From contig JAHITY010000061.1 in the NCBI GenBank assembly GCA_018817165.1, positions 1,733-65,732 on the forward strand: a stretch of 64,000 nt of DNA, in the 5' to 3' direction. Source of the stretch: Candidatus Omnitrophota bacterium (GTDB lineage Bacteria; Omnitrophota; Gorgyraeia; B26-G9). The position numbers and the translations under genes are program-made. The notes under the pieces are model-generated. The model was not told the origin of the DNA. It was given only the letters and a program-made list of their open reading frames with translations, and ran no database searches. This document shows positions 60,830 to 64,000 of this stretch, piece after piece (within the stretch, counting starts at the first letter, position 1; each line of letters begins with the position of its first letter).

Positions 60830-62680
60830 TTAAACATTCTGCTCTTCTATTTTTATCGTAAACTTAAACGAATTTCCCGCATTTTTCGGCTCAACCCAAA
60901 TTTCACCGCCATGCTGCTCAATTATTTTTTGAGTAATAAACAAGCCAATACCAGTACCTTTGACTTTTTCCATACCCGCATAAATCAAGCGCGAGAACTT
61001 TTTAAATAATTTATCAGTATCAATGCTGGCAATCGGCCTGCCATCATTGTAAACTTCCACTTCTAAAATGCTGTTTTTGACTTTAGTCGTAATTCTGATT
61101 ATCCCGCCTTCTGCTCCGTATTTAATCGCGTTTGACAGTAGATTATTGACGACAATCTGAATCAGCCCAATATCCAGGTTAATCACAATATCCGGATCGC
61201 CCTGAAGCTCAATTGTCATATTTTTTTCTTGAGCCAGCTGAAGAAAAGATTCTATGGCAACATCAAATATCTGCTCTTTTAAATTTGCCATTGTCTTTTT
61301 CAACATTATCTCATCTTTTTCGATCCGGCTTAAGTTAAGAAAATTTTTCACTGTGGCGGAAAGATAATCCAGATTACGAGACATCGAAACCAAAGTTTTT
61401 TTCTGCGCTTCATTCATTGGCCCGAGAAACCCTTTTCTTAAATTATAAGCATTTAAAACAATCGAAGATAAAATGCCTTTAAGCTCATGAGAAACAAAGC
61501 CGACCAAATCCAAATAATTCCGATTTAATACCTCCAATTTATTATTAGAAACAATCAGACTTTTTTCCCGCTGATCCAGCTTGCTGGACATGCTATTAAA
61601 CGCGTCGGCTAATTCTCTTAATTCCTTTAAAGGGCTATTTGTTTGTACTCTATGCTGCAAATCGCCGCTGGCAATTTTGCTGGTCGCGCTTAAAATCATC
61701 GTCATCGGCTTGGTAATTGCCGCGGTTAAAATCAAAGCCAAAATAGCGGCTAAAACCCCGGCAGCACAGATAATTGTAAAAAACGCGAAGACTATTGCCC
61801 GTTCCGTATCGACAAACGGTTTTTCCAGCACCCCAACATACAGCATTCCGATAATATTATTCTCAATATCGACAATCGGTTCATATGCTGTCAAATACCA
61901 GGCATTGACCACAAAAGCTCTATCCACCCAAGTCCCGCGTTTTTTCACAACCTCATTATAAACAACTTCCGATATCCGTGTGCCGATTGCTCTTTGTTTT
62001 TTATCAGTTAAAACATTGGTGGCAATTCGCACATCATCCTGAAAAATAGTTACTGTTCCGACCGGATTGCCTTCATAAATTTTGTTTTGGAAAACCAGAT
62101 TACGGATATTATCAACCAAAGAAAAATCCCGGTTAATTATTTTCCCGCCATAAATAATCTTGCTTACTCTATTCGATTTATCAAAAATCGGCATAGCATA
62201 TTCAATCGCCATGGCCTGCTCAAGGATTTTTTTGTCTGTAGGAATTGCTTTGGGCGTAGCTAATATAGCTATCTTAACCTTTGCCGCTAAATCCTGATCA
62301 ATTTTGATTAACTCTTGTTTGTCAATAATTCTTGTTCCGCCAATCGCCTTGCCTTCAAAAGCGCTCAAAGCAATCTGACTGACAACCTGTTGTTTTTGAT
62401 CAATTGAAATCTGATACATATAATCCAAGCCGGTCTTCCGCTTAAATTCAATTAAATCAGAATTATCACAAGTAAGCTCAAATGCCTGCCGAATAGAATC
62501 TATTTGATTATTATAAACCGAACGCGCAGTTTGTAAATTACTCTTAACTTCCTGCTGCGCTTTTTCTAAAATATCCTTTTTAAGAATATCGGCGCCCAAC
62601 ATAGCGATAGAAACACCCAAAACAATAATCAGGCTGAAAAAAGATAAAAATATTCTTGGTTTAAGTGAATTTAGTTTCAT
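60830..62680 (-). CDS. Sensor histidine kinase with periplasmic Cache domain and HAMP
   Basis: Two TM; TIFQDDVRIATNV...RAIGT...YLTAYEPI (Cache); HAMP; SHELK, NLLSNAIKY, GTGIGL. Confidence 0.92.
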   Translation of the reverse strand: MKLNSLKPRIFLSFFSLIIVLGVSIAMLGADILKKDILEKAQQEVKSNLQTARSVYNNQIDSIRQAFELTCDNSDLIEFKRKTGLDYMYQISIDQKQQVVSQIALSAFEGKAIGGTRIIDKQELIKIDQDLAAKVKIAILATPKAIPTDKKILEQAMAIEYAMPIFDKSNRVSKIIYGGKIINRDFSLVDNIRNLVFQNKIYEGNPVGTVTIFQDDVRIATNVLTDKKQRAIGTRISEVVYNEVVKKRGTWVDRAFVVNAWYLTAYEPIVDIENNIIGMLYVGVLEKPFVDTERAIVFAFFTIICAAGVLAAILALILTAAITKPMTMILSATSKIASGDLQHRVQTNSPLKELRELADAFNSMSSKLDQREKSLIVSNNKLEVLNRNYLDLVGFVSHELKGILSSIVLNAYNLRKGFLGPMNEAQKKTLVSMSRNLDYLSATVKNFLNLSRIEKDEIMLKKTMANLKEQIFDVAIESFLQLAQEKNMTIELQGDPDIVINLDIGLIQIVVNNLLSNAIKYGAEGGIIRITTKVKNSILEVEVYNDGRPIASIDTDKLFKKFSRLIYAGMEKVKGTGIGLFITQKIIEQHGGEIWVEPKNAGNSFKFTIKIEEQNV

Positions 62681-62686
62681 TTATAT

Positions 62687-63331
62687 TTATGCTTCCTGCG
62701 CATCCTTTTCCAATGCTTTTTCCAATAAATTGCTAAAATAAATTACATTTTCCAGCTCCAGCACCAAATTAACATTATTCACTACACACTCTCTGGGAGC
62801 GCGTAATCTAATTGGCGCAAAATTCAAAATACCCTTTACTCCGGATAAAACCATTAAATCCAAAACCTGCTGTGCCGCTGATTCCGGAACAGCAATAATC
62901 CCAATGCGAATATCATTTTTTTGAATAAACTCAATCATATCATCAGCAGCTAAAACCGGAATATCAGCCCGGGGATTTACCTTTAACGGATCAGCTTCAA
63001 ACACCGCATCGATCCTAATCCCGTCTTTTTCAAACCCTTCGTATTTAGCCAAAGCCGCGCCAATATTACCCGCGCCCACAATAATCGCGTGCTGGATTAT
63101 GTTTTTACCGAGGATATTATTCAAATGCTCAATCAGCTCATCAATCTGATACCCGCCACGCTTATTTCCAGAAATACCGAAAATTGAAAAATCTTTTCTT
63201 ACCTGACAAGAATTTACCCCAATAGCATCAGCTAAATTGTCAGAAAAAATTCGGCCAAACCCCATTGTTTTTAATCTTCTCAAAGCATTTTTGTATCGAG
63301 AAAGCCGGATAATACTATTTTTATTCCTCAT
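62687..63331 (-). CDS. rex: Redox-sensing transcriptional repressor Rex
   Basis: RLSRY, QVRKDFS, GGY, GAGNIG.AL, GILNFAP. Confidence 0.94.
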   Translation of the reverse strand: MRNKNSIIRLSRYKNALRRLKTMGFGRIFSDNLADAIGVNSCQVRKDFSIFGISGNKRGGYQIDELIEHLNNILGKNIIQHAIIVGAGNIGAALAKYEGFEKDGIRIDAVFEADPLKVNPRADIPVLAADDMIEFIQKNDIRIGIIAVPESAAQQVLDLMVLSGVKGILNFAPIRLRAPRECVVNNVNLVLELENVIYFSNLLEKALEKDAQEA

Positions 63332-63344
63332 TGAATAAACCTTC

Positions 63345-63485
63345 TTGTGATTTTTTTCACAATAATTAAACTGATAAAAAAAAACATCTATTTGTTAAAA
63401 TAGATTTTTGTTACTTTTTTCACAATATAATATAAATGTACCATATATCTGCCTCTTGTCAAGGGGTTTTGTTATTTTTTCACAA
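63345..63485 (-). promoter_or_regulatory. Promoter with Rex operators
   Basis: TTGTGATTTTTTTCACAA (63345-62), TTGTTACTTTTTTCACAA (63408-25) and a weaker copy at 63468-85; TTGACA-16 nt-TACATT at 63462-63435 on the minus strand. Confidence 0.8.
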
Positions 63486-63539
63486 AAACCTTAATTTGCA
63501 AATTTTGATTTAAATAAACAAATAATTTTACCCAATCCT

Positions 63540-63939
63540 GTAGGGACAGGGCTTGCCCCTGTCCGTTATAGAATAATTCATAATATTATGTTTATCATTA
63601 TAAAAAAATTATTGTACGAATTATATGGTCATAAAATGAACGTTGCCATTTAAATTTATTATTATTTATCTGATTGATTTGTTTTGTAACAGCGGATTTA
63701 AACGAACGGATAATTACAGATAAAGACCCAGCAAACAGTCCTTTATTATATCCTGTAGGGGCACAGCGTGCTGTGCCCGTATCATGTAAAATTATTATTC
63801 CATGGATATGATTCGGCATGATAACGTATTCGATTATTTCGACATTATCATATTGATTAGGGATATCAATCAATTGATTATCAATTATTTGACCGATTAT
63901 TAATAATTCTATTCGGGATGGGGCAAGCCCATCCCCTAC
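63540..63939. repeat. Three GTAG-type REP palindromes at and within the RAYT gene
   Basis: GTAGGGACAGGGCTTGCCCCTGTCC (63540 +), GTAGGGGCACAGCGTGCTGTGCCC (63755 +), GTAGGGGATGGGCTTGCCCCATCCC (63939 -). Confidence 0.8.
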
Positions 63940-64000
63940 AGGTTATTGTATTATTTTACCAAATATGCATTCATGATCTATTGCACATATCGTTATAAAA
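63598..64000 (-). pseudogene. REP-associated tyrosine transposase (RAYT/TnpA-REP, IS200/IS605 superfamily), disrupted
   Basis: FITICA, IMPNHIHGII (HUH), FKS, WQRSFYDHIIR; in-frame TAA near 63944; ends before the catalytic Y..NP motif. Confidence 0.85.

Overview
A low-GC chromosomal window from an anaerobic diderm bacterium. Gene content (kdsB, AsmA/DUF481 envelope proteins, several PilZ proteins, minor pilins, [FeFe]-hydrogenase) is compatible with Ca. Omnitrophota/PVC, which is an inference. Almost all genes lie on the minus strand. In order: a haem/cytochrome c biogenesis cluster (resB-like, orphan rnfG-like, precorrin-2 dehydrogenase, ccsA, hemA, hemC); cheR-comFB-dprA; housekeeping genes (aroK, mnmE, folC, purH, tRNA nucleotidyltransferase, nth, pyrE, kdsB); a divergent SecY paralogue with a DUF2007-like tail; fliW-csrA behind a large exported coiled-coil protein; a tRNA Thr-Tyr-Gly cluster; ftsH-folP-cdaA-cdaR-glmM-pdxJ-acpS-nnrD; a minor pilin operon behind a GEMM-I riboswitch; PilZ genes; REP-like and other palindromic repeats; and a decayed RAYT transposase. 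The strongest novelty candidates are: (1) a Rex-controlled operon in which a Cache/HAMP histidine kinase precedes a tetrameric Hnd-type [FeFe]-hydrogenase whose NuoE/HndA subunit is fused to a receiver domain; (2) an A20-variant (3',3'-cGAMP-type) GEMM-I riboswitch with a two-terminator leader upstream of pilin genes; (3) the SecY-DUF2007 fusion. No CRISPR array, rRNA or prophage was seen. All calls were made by eye, without database searches.
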